The notes under the pieces were generated by a model. That model was not told the origin of the DNA. It was given only the letters and a program-made list of their open reading frames with translations, and ran no database searches. Source: Fonticula alba ATCC 38817 (Eukaryota > Protista > Nucleariida). From it: DNA of 64,000 bases. Position numbers and translations under genes: made by a program. The stretch lies in NCBI GenBank assembly GCA_000388065.2, contig KB932208.1, one strand, 5' to 3'. Shown one piece after another: positions 23,726-41,139 of the stretch. Numbering within the stretch: position 1 is the first letter of the stretch; every line of letters begins with the position of its first letter.

Positions 23726-26700
23726 TCACCGGGTGAGGTAGCGGTTCTGGTCAAGCTGGCGCTGCTGCGACAGCCACGACCCGGCGCCTATTGAGGGGGC
23801 TCCGGTGCTGGACGAGCCGCTGCCGCCACCAGGGCCGGAGGAACCGCCGAGCCCCCCGCCAACGGCGACCGGCCTCCGGCCAGGGGGCGGCGGCGATCCC
23901 GGAGCGGCAGTCCCCCGGCGAATCAGCTGCGAGGATAGGTCGTACCAAGCGACGGCCATCATGCGCTGCTCTCGGCGCGCGGCCTTGCGCAGGGACTCAA
24001 GCTGCTCGCGGCAGGCACGCGACTCGCGCTGGGCCTGTTCCAAGTCGGCGCCACTCTGCTCAAGGAGGGCCTTGTAGCTGGCCAGCATTTCGGCCGGCGC
24101 CTCGGCCTGGGCCGCACGAAGGGCCAACAAATCCTCCTGGAGGCGGCGCTGCTCAGCATCACTTGCGCGCAAGCGCTCGGACAAAGTGTCGTGAGATTCT
24201 GCGCTCGATAGGGGCGTCATCCGTGTGAGCATCTGGCCAAGAGGGGGAAGAGAGAAAAAGCGAGAAAGGAGGGGCAGAGGCAGAGGGGGAGGGGGTTCCA
24301 GGCCGAACACGCACGCTTCAGCAGGGTCATCTCCTGGATCTGCTTCAAGGGGATGAGGACCTTGTCGTCGCCGAGATCCGGCAGGGCAGGGCGTTCGGCT
24401 GGTGCGGTCGGCGCCTCGGAGGCGCTGGTCTGCAGAGTTCTGAGGGACTGTTGGATCTCGGCCAGGTAGGCGGCCGAGGTGGCCTGCTCGGCCTTGGTGG
24501 CCCGCTCAACGGCCAGCTCCTCTCGAACAGCGGCAAGATCGGCGGCCAGTTGAGTGGCCATGGCGTCGCGCTGGCCAAGCTCCCTCTGGGCAGCGGCCAG
24601 ATCCTCGCGCAATGGCCCAAGAGCAGCCAGCTGCTCGCGCGCGGAGGCCAATGCAGCGGTACTGCCGGCCAGGTCCTCGCGCAGAGACGCAAGTGCGGCC
24701 GTGCTATTGGCCAGCTCCTCGCGCAAAGAGGCGAGGGCCGCCTCGCCGGCGGCCAGGTCATCGCGCAGCTGGGCGCACTGGGCCTCGGATGCTTGGACCG
24801 CCGCCTCGGCAGCGGCCTGGCGTGCCTGATGGTCGGCCAGTTCCGAGCGCAGGCGAGCGAGCTCCGCCTCGGCGGCGGCCAAATCGGCCCGCGCGGTGGC
24901 CAAGGCCTGGTCCGAGGCCGTGACCAGCGCCTGGGCCTGGGTCTCGGCCTGGGAACTGAGGGGAGAGAGGATGCCCATGCACATGGCGAGGTCAGGGGAA
25001 TGGACCACCAGAGTGGCTTGAATGATATGCGCACGCCCCTGGCGAGAGACAGAGAGGGGGGGGGGGGGGGGGGCGGAGGAGGGGAGGAAGAGCGGAGAAG
25101 GAGGGAGGGATAGGGTGTGGAAAAGGGACCGAGCGCATACCTCTCCGGCGATGGAGACTTCTGGGCCTCCTGCAGTCGATCGCGCAGGGTCTTGTTTTCG
25201 GCCTCAAGCCGGACAACACGGACACGGAGCCCGCCGGCGTCGGCATTGCTGGCATCCATCTCATGGATGCCACCACCCGAAAAGTGGTCCCCGGGGAACC
25301 CGGCGCCAGGGGCATCAAGGTCAAACCCGGCATCCAGCATGTCGTGGACATCGCCACCAGATGGCTGGGCCGACAGGCGGAGTTCCATTTCCTGGACGCG
25401 GCGCAGGGCCTCATCCGCCGTTCGCGTAGCCTGGTCCGCCTCATCGCGGGCCTGCATAAGGGAGGCCTCGGCTTGGGCCAGGGCCTCGCCAAGCTCAAGA
25501 TTGCGCTCGGTCAGGGCTATGGGGCAGGGGGGATGACAAGTGTCAGAGTGGGGAAAGAATAGGTCCACGTGCGAGCATGAGGGCTGAAAAGGCGGGAGCG
25601 GGGAAAGGGACAGCAGAGGAGGCCGAGGATGTCCACATACTTTCGACGCGAGCACGGAAGCGCGCAATCGAGCCGGAGGAGTTCAGCCCAGTGGTGCCGG
25701 AATCGGCGCTGGCGTCGGCACCAGCCGAAAGGCCAAGGCGCTCGCGCAACTCCTCGCACTCTGCTTGGAGGGCGCGATTTTGCTTGCGGAGATCTTGCAG
25801 CCCCTCAGCGCGGGACTTGGCCTGGGCGGCCTGGCGTTGTGCCGCCTCCAGCCGCGTGGTCAGATCGCGGATCTCCTCGGCTTGGTCCTGGAGGTTGGAT
25901 GCGGAATCGACCATCTTGCGGAGCTCGTCATTCTGACGGGGGCGCGCGCGCGCGCGCGCGACAAGTCCGAGGGAGCAGGAGGAGGAGGAGAAGGAGAGTC
26001 AGCGGGGAGGCCTGCCACCGGCCGGGCAAATGAGCGGACATACCTTCTTTGTGGCCTCACGCAGGGACTTCTGCAAGCGAGCATTGTCCTCATCGAGCTT
26101 CTGCTGCTCCTGATGCAGCATGTCACTGAGTGTGTGTGTGTGTGTGTGTGAGTAGGGGGGGGGGGGGCATTTATGTGCCCGGGTGATGGAGGAGAAGAGA
26201 GAGAGAGAGAGGGGCAGAAGAAAGGGCCAATCGAAAGGGAGGAGACAGGGGGAAAGAGGGACAGTTGGTGTGTTAGCGGAGGCACAATAGCACAGGGGAC
26301 CGCGCCAAAGGCCGAGCTGGCGCACATCTGCCCAAAAGCGGCACTCAGCTGTGAGTTCAGCTGGCGCTCGGTCTTTTCGAAGCGACGCGTGGCTTGCTGG
26401 TGCTCGTGCACAAGCAGGGCATTTTCCTCGCGCATCCCCTCCAGCTGGGAGTTCAGCTCCTGAGTGAACTTGATTCGCAGGGTCTGGTGCTCTCCCTGCA
26501 GGGACTTGTGTGATGTCTCCAGCGTGGCGAAGGTGCCCTGCAGCTGGGCATGCTCCCGCTGCAGGCGCTGGTGCTGCCCCTGGAGGGTGATAAACTGCGC
26601 TCGCAGGGCATGATACTCGGCCGAGTCCAAGTCGCTGGGAGCCAGGGACGGGGATGAGCTCCCACTGCCGGCACTCGAGGGAGCTGGCATCCCGGCATCG

Positions 26701-26841
26701 GATTCCGGCAGAGTCAGGCCGAGTTCCTCGCCCGGGGCGCCGGATGATGTGGCCTGACTGACGGAATGTGTGCCACCACTAGCCGCAGCAAACTCGGCCA
26801 TGAGCTGTGCTCACGGTGCCAGAGGAAGCCCCACAGGAGGG

Positions 26842-26916
<75 letters not shown>

Positions 26917-28229
26917 CAGAGTGGCATGGGGGGAGGGAGGAGAGCAAGACCGGAAATGGCGCGACATACGCTCTCGATGATCTTCATCAAGGACTCCTGG
27001 TGAGTCACCGGGAGGGCCATGATTCGGTTGATGTGGGGCTCATTGTCGGCGCACTGGACCGCGGCCGCCAGAACGGCCTGTCGAGGAGGGCGGAGGGCGA
27101 GGACGGAAAAGACAAACAGAGGGATGAGTTAGCGCGGAAGAGCGGGGACAACATTCTTGCACACACATATGTGTATATGGATGCATGCGGGGGCTGATCT
27201 CGTGGGGCATCCGCATGCTGACCTGAGTCAGAGCAACAATGGCTCCGGTGTCCTTCTGGCGAACGATGGAAGCCGGAGTGAGGGTGCCGAGGCCGCCTGG
27301 CGTGGCAGCGGACAACTCCTGACCGGTGAGAATAAGGGAGAGGCTCTGAGACGGGGGAGGGGAGGGGGGGAGTGGTGAGAAAGGGGCAGGGTGCGCGGTC
27401 ATGCGGGGAGGGCCGGAGCAAGAGCACATACCCGCTGAAGGCGCGAGATGGCCCGCTCCTGCAGGACCCAGTTCCCACCGGGGGACTTCTGGGAGGATGT
27501 GGAGAAATGAGGTGGGCTCCTGGGAACGAGACCGGATGATCGTCAGTGTGTGTGTGTAAGGCTGCGTGAGTCCAAGGTCGAATCTGGCACAGGGAAACGC
27601 TCCCCGGGTTCGAGTCTCGACACCCACCCCTTGGGAGGCAAGCAGAAACGCACACAAGAGCCATGATCTCCGTGAGGACAGTTCCATCGGAGAGATCCTC
27701 AATGGCGGTCACATGCTTCGAGAGGGAGTCGTACGAGCCAATCTGTGGGGAAGGGCGCTCGGAAGTTAGCAGAGGCGGGGGGCGCCCGGCGGCGGCAGTT
27801 CCATTGCACGCGTGTCAATGCGCACCCAGGCCAATAGACCCCCCGTCACAGCCTCCTGGGAGGGCATGGGTGGCGCGGCTCTCGGGGGAGAGGCTGCTCA
27901 AGGTGCACGCAGACACACGCTCGCACACACGGCCAGATGCTGAGCTTGTCCTGACAGGAGGAAGAGCGGTCGTGATGCGAGGAGGGGCGAGGAGTCACGT
28001 CGCCTTGGGAGTATGCCGGGAAAGGTGCGGTCAAGCAAGCGGACAGCGGGAGGGGGGGCGGAGGAAGACCGGACAAGGGGGAGAGGAGGCGGGAGGCAAT
28101 GGAAGAGGGAGGGAAGGCGCGGGGACTCTATTGTTTGGCTGTGTCACAGCGGGCCCACAGCGGAGGCTAGCCAAATACATGGCGATCTTCGGTCGCCGAG
28201 CCCGACGCCGGTCGCAGGGAATGGGCCAT
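23726..28229 (-). CDS. HOOK: HOOK-family microtubule/dynein adaptor (N-terminal Hook domain, long coiled coil); 5' exon(s) uncertain
   Basis: TAIEDLSDGTVLTEIMAL, AVLAAAVQCADNEPHINRIMALPVTHQESLMKIIE (Hook domain), extended heptad coiled coil, and C-terminal EQRMMAVAWYDL...SWLSQQR matching the Hook motif E.KLI.SAWY...S(F/W)L.QQR. Confidence 0.87.
26843..26915. repeat. Poly-G tract (poly-C on the sense strand) in a HOOK intron
   Basis: About 73 consecutive G. Confidence 0.9.
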
Positions 28230-28944
28230 CCCTTCCGGAGGAGGAAACATTCCGCCTCCCTGCTCCCCCCCCCCCCCCCCGCTGAACCTGGACAAAAGAA
28301 CACCGCCCAGCCGCGCTAGCCCCCAGCGAAGCACCCCGTCAGGGACAAGCTGCCTTTTTTCACGTCCCCCGCCGGCTCCCCACTCCCCCCCCCCCCCCCC
28401 AGAGAGCCGGTGGGAGCAAGGCGTCGGCGTGTTTGCGGACCGCTGCCCGCGGCGCGGGAGGGCCGCACGGTTGTGCTAGTGCGTGTGTGTATTTCGGGGG
28501 CCAAGGAAAGGCGGACGGTCGCGGTGTCAATCTCCAGGTGCCGACGGAGGGGGCGGGACCGTTGGGCCTTATTTCTGGACACGGTCCTCTCGGCCTTAAT
28601 CCGGTGCTGGGTACGGGGGCTGGCGCACCTCCACCTCCCGCCCCTGGGGTCCTGCCGGCGCAGGCGCAGGGCCGGGGGGGGGGGGGGGGAATGCGCTTGG
28701 GAACAACATGGCACAAAGACTTCTATGGGGGTGTATTGGGTGGGGGGGGAGGAATGCGCATGCGGGCGTCGGCTTTTACCGGCATCCATCTCGTCATTCT
28801 GAGGAGGAGGAAGAGGAGGAGGATGGACGGCCGATGGAGCAGCGGAGGCAGGCCAGCACAGGCAAAGGAAGAGGGGAGGGAGGCAGCAGAGGTGGCCGGA
28901 GAAGGAAACGGCCCACACCGGCAGCTGGCCTTCACGCTGGTCGA

Positions 28945-31440
28945 CTAGGAGGCCGGGGCGCCAAGCAGATCGAAAAGGAAGATGCGGCCCATGCCGGACA
29001 CGCCCTCCTTCGGGGCGTTTGTGAAGTGGGACTGCTGCAGCGGGGCGGTCTTGGGGTTGAGGACATTCCACCGACCGAGGCGCTCTTCTGAGGAGACAGC
29101 CGCAGCCAGATAGCGGCCGCAATGGCTGAAGGACAGGCTCACAACGTGTCCCGGGGCCTGGAGCCGCGGCCCATCAAGAGGGGCCAGCCGGCGGAAGGAG
29201 GCATCCACACGCCAGAGTTGGATAAAGCCATCGGAGCCAGCTGCGAGGCACGCGCAAGGGGGAAAGGCGGAGCATCGTCATTAGCGACAGGAGGCGGGAT
29301 TGACACGGGCACAAGATGCGCCCGGTAGGTGGGAGAAGGGAGCACTAGACACAAATGGGGCAAGAGGCGAGGCGAGGGGGGGTGGGGGGAGGGGGTGCAG
29401 GGAGTTGAGGCGCACCGGTGGCCGCGATATCGGTGAAGGCACAGGCGGCCACGGCTTCCACAGCGGCACCGTGCACGCGGAGGATCTGGTCGCTCTTGAT
29501 CTCGGACTGGGTGAGGCCGCTCTGGACGGCGCTCACGCCGACCGACGAGATGGGCTCGACGAAGTCGGACGCCGTGGCGGCATCCACCTCCGCCTGGTCG
29601 AAGGCCCGGCCGAGCTGACGCGCCAGCGACACCGTCTGGCTGGTGGACGGGCCAATTTGCATGACCGGGCGGCGCTTGGTGTTGGACCAAAGAGCGACGG
29701 TCCCATCATCGGCGCCCGAGATCCAGTGGTCCTCATTGATCAGGCTCACGGCCTCGATGACGGGCGGCGGGGCTGGGGCATTGGCGGGAGGAGCCGGGGT
29801 GTCGGTGGCCGGCATGGCGTCCCCGCTGGCCAGGGCCTGCAGCAGGGCCTGGCTGGGATTGAAAGCGGAGGACCGGAAGACAAGATGCGACTCCTCGGGA
29901 ATCTTCCACTGGCGGCAGGAGCTTCGAGTGGCCGGGGCAATCGGGTCAGTTGCCAGCATGGGGCCCGGGGAGATGGGTCAGGAGGGAGGGGGGAGGGCGA
30001 GGACGAACCGATCGCGAGAGCCAACACTCAGGCAGCGCTCGCGGTACAGCGAATCGATGCTGTTGATGGTGTCCTGGTGACCGAAGCTGAACAGGGGGGG
30101 GGCGGGAGTTAGAAAGACAGAGCCAGGGGTCCGGGCGATGGGAGGCGTTTTTTTTTCCAAAAAAAAAAGACATACAGAGTCTCAATGTATGAGAACTGGT
30201 CGGCATTCCACACCTTGATGGTGCGATCGGCCGAGGAGGAGAACAGGTGCGAGGAGCCGCGGCGGAAGGCCAGACCCTGGAGGCACAGACAGAGGAGGGA
30301 ACACAAGTCGAAGGACGGTGCGAGAGGAGGTCAAAACCAGGCGCCCATGAGAGCGAGCCGGAGGGTGGGGGAAGGGGGAAGGAGCGAGCGAGAGAGGGAG
30401 GGCCAAGGACAAGGAGAGGGAAAGCTGTGCATACCGTGACGGGACCGCGGTGGTGGCGCAAAGTGTGGAGGTACTTGCCGGTCTGCGCGCACCAGAGGAT
30501 GATCAGGTGGTCCGAGCCACCAGAGGCCTGAAAGGAGAAGGGCGAGGAAGAGAGGAAGAGAGAGAGAGGTAAATAGGGGCGCGGGTGAGGGGGGAGCACA
30601 ATAAACACATGGGTGGGACTGGCAGCCGCTGCATGGGCCAGGCCAGTGGCCCAGGACATGGCGCACCAGGGTCAGACCGTCGGAGCTGATGGCCAGGCAG
30701 AGGACATGCCCGGTGTGGCCGAAGTGCGTCTCGTCCGCGGCACCGGCCGCCTGGCCGGCGGCCAGCTTCTGCTGCTTGCGGGGGTTCTTGCGCGCGGTGT
30801 TGGCGAAACGCAAAACAGCCCGAGTGGCACGCTCATGTCGGATGATGTCACCACCCTTGCAGGCGGAGAAGATGAACTTCCCGCAGGGGGACATCAGGGC
30901 CGTGGTGAGAGGCCTCCGGTGGGGCGAGCGGATGTCCACAGAGGGGGACAGCCGAGGCCACGGGGCGTCAGCCTTGGAGGCCAGCTTGCGGAGATGAGTC
31001 GCCACGTTGTCGGCGATGGGGGTGTATGCACGGCTGGTGCCGGCGAACTGGAGCCGAAAAAAAAAGGGACAGCGGTCAGAGAGAGAGAGAGATCCAGGGG
31101 GGAATCGGAGGCCTGAATGGGGGAGGGGGGCAGTTTCACGCACCGCCTCCTGGCGCAGGCGCGAGGCAATGATGTTGCGATCCAGATCAGCGGCATCGAT
31201 CTCGGTCTCGGCGCGGATGCGGTTTTCCTCCTCCAGCTGGGCGAGGTACTCCTTGGCCAGGCGAACGCGCTTCTCGGCCGGGGTCTCCTTGGTCTGGCCC
31301 TCGGTGTCGCTATCGGCATCGGTGGACTGATCACCGGCCTCCTGGTCCGAGTCGGAGTAAAGGTCGGCAAATGAGCCGCTCTCATCGTCCTCGTCGTGGT
31401 GCGAGCGGGAGCGCTTCGCGGGCTTGTCCTGGGGTGCCAT
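28945..31440 (-). CDS. RRP9: U3 snoRNP-associated WD40 protein RRP9 (U3-55K), multi-exon
   Basis: Acidic N-terminus then ETPAEKRVRLAKEYLAQL, GHTGHVLCLAISSDG, ASGGSD, LFSSSADRTIKVW, LFGHQD.I.SIDSL.RERCLSVGSRD, HWISGADDG, LAAAVSSEERLGRW. Confidence 0.93.
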
Positions 31441-32598
31441 GGGTGTCGGCCGGCGTGGGGCGGGTCGAGAGAGAGAGGGGGAATTGCGGTGAGGCGAGGT
31501 GAAGCAAGACGGGTCAGGAGGAAGGGAAGGGAGGGAGGATGCCACAAGCAGGGTGTGTGTGTGTGTGTGTGTGTGTGTGAGTGGGCAGTGGTGGACATAC
31601 CAGCGAGGCTGGGCCGCGCTTCGACGCGGCACGGGCAACAGCGGACGACATGGTCGGGCGGATGCCGGGGCAAGAGTGTTTGGGGGGGGGGGGGGGGAGG
31701 AGGGCCTAGGCAAGGGCGAGGGAGGGGAAGAGACAGCAGGGGGAAAGCAAGGGGGGCAGGGGAAAAAGCCACGACAGGAGCAAGGGAGAGGGGAGGGGGG
31801 ATGTTGCGGCCGGGCCGGGCGAGAGGGAAGGGCACTGCGGTGCTTTTTTGGGCCACCTGGATCCGCCCGTCTCTGAATCAGGCAGGGGTCGGGGAGGGGG
31901 GGGCGGGTCACTCATGTGTGCGCGTGGTCGCCTCGACCCGGCCTTTCTCCGAGGAGCTCGTGGAGGGGCACGGCGCTCGGTCCGGGCGGGGACAGGGTCC
32001 CCGTCGTCGTGTGGGGCGGTCAGCTCTCGCCGCCCTGGACACCGAATCTCAGTGCCACACCGGAGCTTCCGTGTTGGAAGGGCAACGACGCGGCCGTTCG
32101 GTGTGCCCAAAGAAAATCCTTCCCAGACCGGGGGCGGGCGGAAACCAGAACACTCCCCACATGGCCGTACGTCGAAAGTAGGGTTCCCGGCCGGGGGGGT
32201 TATACGGAATTTGGAGTAGCAACTGCCGACGGTAGTCGGCCGGTCCGTTGGCCTGCATCTCGGGAGCGCCCGCCATCTTGGCGAGCCCACTTCCCCGTTC
32301 CCCCCCCCCCCCCCCCTCGCCCCGCTCCTCGCCCGTCCACCCTGCGGCCCTCGCCCTCTTGTTGCCAGCGACCCGGTTGTCATCGTTCCGCCTCCCCTGG
32401 TGCATGGTCCGCCCTAGCGGGGGTGTTGTGCACCCGGATGCCGGCTCGAGCACAAGCGCGCGAGATTGTTGCCCTCCTTTTCCCCGCCCCCATGAGGCTC
32501 CGCGCGTGCTGATGGAGGGGATCTATTTTTTGCTTTTTTAAAACGGCGGAGGCACGAGGAACGCGCGCGCGCGCGCGCGCATGCAGAGGGGGGGGGCT

Positions 32599-33334
32599 CT
32601 ACATGTATGCGCTCTCGGCCGCATCGGCCGAAGGAACCGCATCCAGCACGGAAGGCGGGAGGCCATACACGGCCGCCAGATGCTCGGAGGCCTGGCGAAC
32701 TTGCCCAGCAAGCAAGGTCAGCTGCTCGGCAAAAGTGCCAGCCAACTGCTGCACATCCACCGGAGACTGGAGGGAGGCCAGGCTCTGCAAGCTTTGGCAG
32801 GTTGCCGACACATGGTAGGCCCCGACACAGGAGGAGCTGGACCGGAAGAAGTGTGCCAGCTCATAGAGCCGGGCCAGGTCCTGCGGAGTGGCGGGCCCGG
32901 TGCGACTGGCAAGCTGGCTGGAGCGAAGGGGGGCATTCGCCAGGTAGTTTGGTTGGGTGTGTTTCGATCGAGGTTTTCCGGGAGTGTTTGTTTTTTTCAG
33001 CCGGCCGATGGCCCGGGGTGGGGAAGGGCGGGGGCACATGGGTCAGGGGGGTAGATACCGGCAGGGCATGTGGACGAAGAGAGGGAAAGGGAGAGGGGGA
33101 GGAGGCCAGGGGGCGAGGCGGCGGGGAATAGATGTACCTGTAGAACCCCCGCATGTTGAGGATGTTCAGATTTGACTGGCGGATGAAGCCGTCAACCACC
33201 TCGCGGGTGAAGTCACGCTCGACCGAGTCATCGCAGCCCAGCAAATCGGAGAAAACCTGGAGATCGATGAACTCCGACGAGAGGGCGGCGTGAAGGCCCT
33301 CGGCCTGGAGGAGCTGCGGCGGCGAGGAGGCCAT
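32599..33334 (-). CDS. Histidine phosphotransfer (HPt) protein, Ypd1/Mpr1-like (exons 33334-33138, 32917-32599)
   Basis: IDLQVFSDLLGCDDSVERDFTREVVDGFIRQS and LYELAHFFRSSSSCVGAYHVSATCQSLQ align to the Ypd1 pattern (I...I..MDDDD..F....I..F..Q / L..LGHFLKGSS..LG...I...C..IQ). The phospho-His is conserved. Confidence 0.85.
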
Positions 33335-35033
33335 GTTCTCCACGTTTCCCAGGTGCTCTCTTGGCAGGAGGGGCAAGGCGGGGAAGGAACGGTTGAGCAG
33401 GTCGAGGAGGGGGGGGGGGGGGGGGGGGGGGGGGAAAAAAATGGGTTTTGGGGCCCGGGGAGGGAAAAAGAAGGGGAGAGTTAACACATTTTTATTAAAA
33501 AAAGAAAAAAAACAAAGAAAGGAAAGAACACCACCCAAAGGGAACTATTAAAATTTAGAGGGGAAGTTATACAACCCCACAACCACCCCACCTGAAACAG
33601 CGGCCCAGGCACCGAGCCACACTTCCCCGCCAGTTGCGAGGAAACGGGGGGAGGGAAAATGGTTCGCCAGGGGGGCGCGTTCCAGCGAGCGAGAGAGAAT
33701 GCCCCCGGTCACTTGAAATGGCGGACCTGGCTTGGCCAAAACAGAGAGCCCTCGCCCGGCAGTCATCCCCCCCCCCCCCCCCCAGCCGAAAGGGGGAAGT
33801 CTGGCTTCCACAGCGCCGGCCAGCAGCCAGCCCGAGCCCCGCCTCACCAACCCAAGCCGGGGGGGATCAAGCTTGACGGACCGCCACGGGCGGGCGAGAC
33901 CAGAGGACACCCCGCCCCCAAGGCGCTGGCGGCCCTTTTTTTCGCAGGGAGGTGGCGGGGCCGGATGTGGACGGGCCATCGCGGAACTGCCAATCGTCCC
34001 CGGGTTCCGGGCGCCCCCCGCCGGGGGGCAGGGAGGCCTCGGTCTGGCGGGTCTGTCTGTCGGCAGGCCGCGCTCCGTTTCTCCGCCACCCAGCCTGGGG
34101 CCCCATCATTTCACAGAGGTCTTTTCCCAGAGGCGGGCGGGCGGACGGAATGCCCAACCCACGCGCGTACCAACAAACAAAAGCCGGGCGCCGGAGCACC
34201 TCCCCTCGAGGGAGCGCTATGGAGGGCCGCTGGGCCTGATTTGCCGGCGATCCATGTGATACTCTTTCTGAGGGGCCCAAATGCGGACTGGCACAGCGGA
34301 TGATGCTTCTGGCGGGGCTTCTTAAGGGCTGGGGCCGGGCAAGGAAGCGACCGCAGAAAGGCCGGACTTGACGAATGTCGCCCTGTCAGACGGGTGGTCC
34401 ATCACGATGTTCATGTTCACACGTTGTAGAGTCCCCGTAGGGGGACACTTACCTTGTGGTTGAAGATTTGGGGACCGCCGTAGGCTGGAAACAGAGCACG
34501 GAAAACCAAGCGCATTGTTCACTCGGATGGATTGCCGCCCCGAGGGGAGGAACGTCAGGACCCAGGTTGATCCGGTCACTCTTCTTTTTTTCCCTTTTGC
34601 CCCCCCCCCCTCCCCCGGCAGAGACAGCGCATTCAGGCACATTGTCCGCCTGTCCGCACGGCATCGCCCCACCGGGCATCCTTCTCCCTTGGTCTTTCGC
34701 ACCTCGGCCCGCTGGCCGCCAGGACCCCTCCCACGCAGGAAGGGGAGGGGGCCAAAAGGCGACGTGCTTCCGGGAGGGGGGGGGGGGGCGGGGGCGGGGG
34801 ACCACACACGGCTCGGGCTTGGACGGGTTTTATACAACTTCTATTTGATGCGTGTGCCCCCAGGCGACACGCTAATGGGATGACAGTGGAGATGCGCGTG
34901 TGCGTGTGCGGGGAGGAAAAGCGGCGCGGGAAGGAGGAGCGCAATGGGACAGGGCAGCCCCTCCCCCTCCGCCCCCCCCCCCCCCTTCCGGTGGAAGTGT
35001 CACTTCCTCGCCGGCGGCCACTTTCCCCGCCAC

Positions 35034-39249
<4,216 letters not shown>

Positions 39250-41139
39250 GCTGGGCGGGCGACCGTCGTCCGGGCCAGTGCACGCGAGAGAGGGCGGGAG
39301 CGGAAAGGGAGGAAGGAGGAGGGAAACGGGAGCGATGCAAGGAGGCGAAGTGGCAAGCGGCAGAGCGGACAGGGCGGGAGGAGAGGGGGGGGGGGATGGT
39401 ATGGCGCTCGGGGTCCGAAGTCGCGGCGGGATGGGCCTCCAGGGGACGAAAAGAAACCCGGCAAGGCCCCGGGAACCCGGAGGAGGCATGGAAGCGCTTC
39501 ATGGCGACCACGCTTCCCCCCCCCCCCCCCCCCCCCCCCCGTTTCCAGCGCCGGACGCATGGCTCAGGGGGGGGGGGCCCACTCCGGGAACACATGCGGC
39601 CGGACACTGGGACTCGGCCGGACAGCCGGCACATACTCGCAGGGTTACAGCGCGTCGCCACACCGAGAGCGAGAAAAAGAGGGGAGAGGGTCTGACCCAG
39701 AAGCCCGGAGGGCGGGGGCGGCGGGGGAGCAATCTGGCCCGGGGCAGCCACGCGCCTCCAGACCGACAACCAGAACCGGAAGCCCCCCGGACTTGGGGGG
39801 CGGGGGGGGGGGGAGGGGGGGGCCTTCGTCGTGAAGCATCACCCCCGGTTCCCGCCGCAGGAAGGGCGATAGTCGCACACAGCGTGGAGGAGATGGGTCT
39901 CATGCGGGCCATTGGTTCAGATCCCTGGTGTTATCATGTGATGCGCTCGCCACGGCGGTGACCGGACGGTAATGTCGTTTGTTAGTCACACGGCAGGTGC
40001 CGGTTAAGATAGGCCTGGCAGGGTGCTCGATGGGGGGGATGCCTGCCTCAGGTCGCAGGGGCCGGGGCAGGGGCAGGTCCGCCACAGATCGGTGGTCGAA
40101 GTGGGGGCCGCCGCCAGGGCAGGAAAACTTCGCCCTTTGCCGCGCTCTCGCAGGGGCGTCCTCTGTGGGCACCTGGGTGCCGAGGGCCTTCCCCGCCTAG
40201 ACTGCCCCTTTCCGGCTTCTGCAGGGGCCTGCTGTGTGGTGTGCTCCCGACGCCAGATGGAAATCCCCGGGGCTCTCGGGTCTGACCAGCACACACCCCC
40301 CGGGGGCGGGGGGGGGGGCAGGGGCGTCCGGTGCTCCCCGTGAGCGCTACTATCTGGGGGTGGACTTTCACAATCATGGAAGATGCCAATCGTCCGTCCT
40401 TTTGGGCGGAGCCAAGAGTGAGAGAGGGCGGCCCCAACATCTTGGGGGGGGGCGGGGGGGAGAGAAGGCTTATCCTGCCTCGCGGGCATATGACCGCGGC
40501 ACTTAAAAAAGTGTGAATAACCGGCAGCGCCAAGGTCAAGCCGGCCGATTGATTTCAAGGAGGGGGCGGCATCCCTCTCTCTTGCTGCCTGGGCCCGGGG
40601 GGCCGCATGAGCAGGGATGCGGGATCTTTGGGGCGAACGCGCTTCCACCGTGCGCATGCGTGTGCGCGCGCGCGCGCGTGTTCGAGCGGCTGACTGTCGT
40701 GGGGCTGGGGGGTCTGGTCGGGCTTCGTGGTCGCAACATGCCAGCGTGCAGTTTCTGATGGCCCCCCCCCCCCACACCAGCCCGGGCCCCTCCTCCTTCG
40801 GCGGGAATCCCCCGCGCAACACGTTTGCACTGCTGGCCTGCCGAGAAGGTCTGCCCAAGGCAGCCCGATCGAACCTTTGGGCATCTTGCCGGCCCTCAAA
40901 AGGGATCCACGCAACTGGCACCCGCCAGGAGCGTTATCTTCCCTCCCTCTCCCTCTTCCGCCCCTCCTTCTCCCCTCCCCCCTCCCCATCCCCCAGACCC
41001 GCCCGGAGACCCTTCCCTCTCCCCTCTCCCCCTCTCCCCCTTGCCCGAGGCGGAACGACACGCAGAGCACACACACGCGCACGCTGTCAAGCACACACAC
41101 ACACACAGACGCGCAAACACATTCACAGTCACACACACG

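Noticed and set aside
34445-34545. U1 snRNA-like text (ACACTTACCT.., GAGCACGG, CATTGTTCAC)
   Set aside because: Spacing does not fit U1 stem-loops I and II and there is no clear Sm site. ACTTACC is equally the reverse complement of a minus-strand splice donor. An Infernal RF00003 search would settle it.
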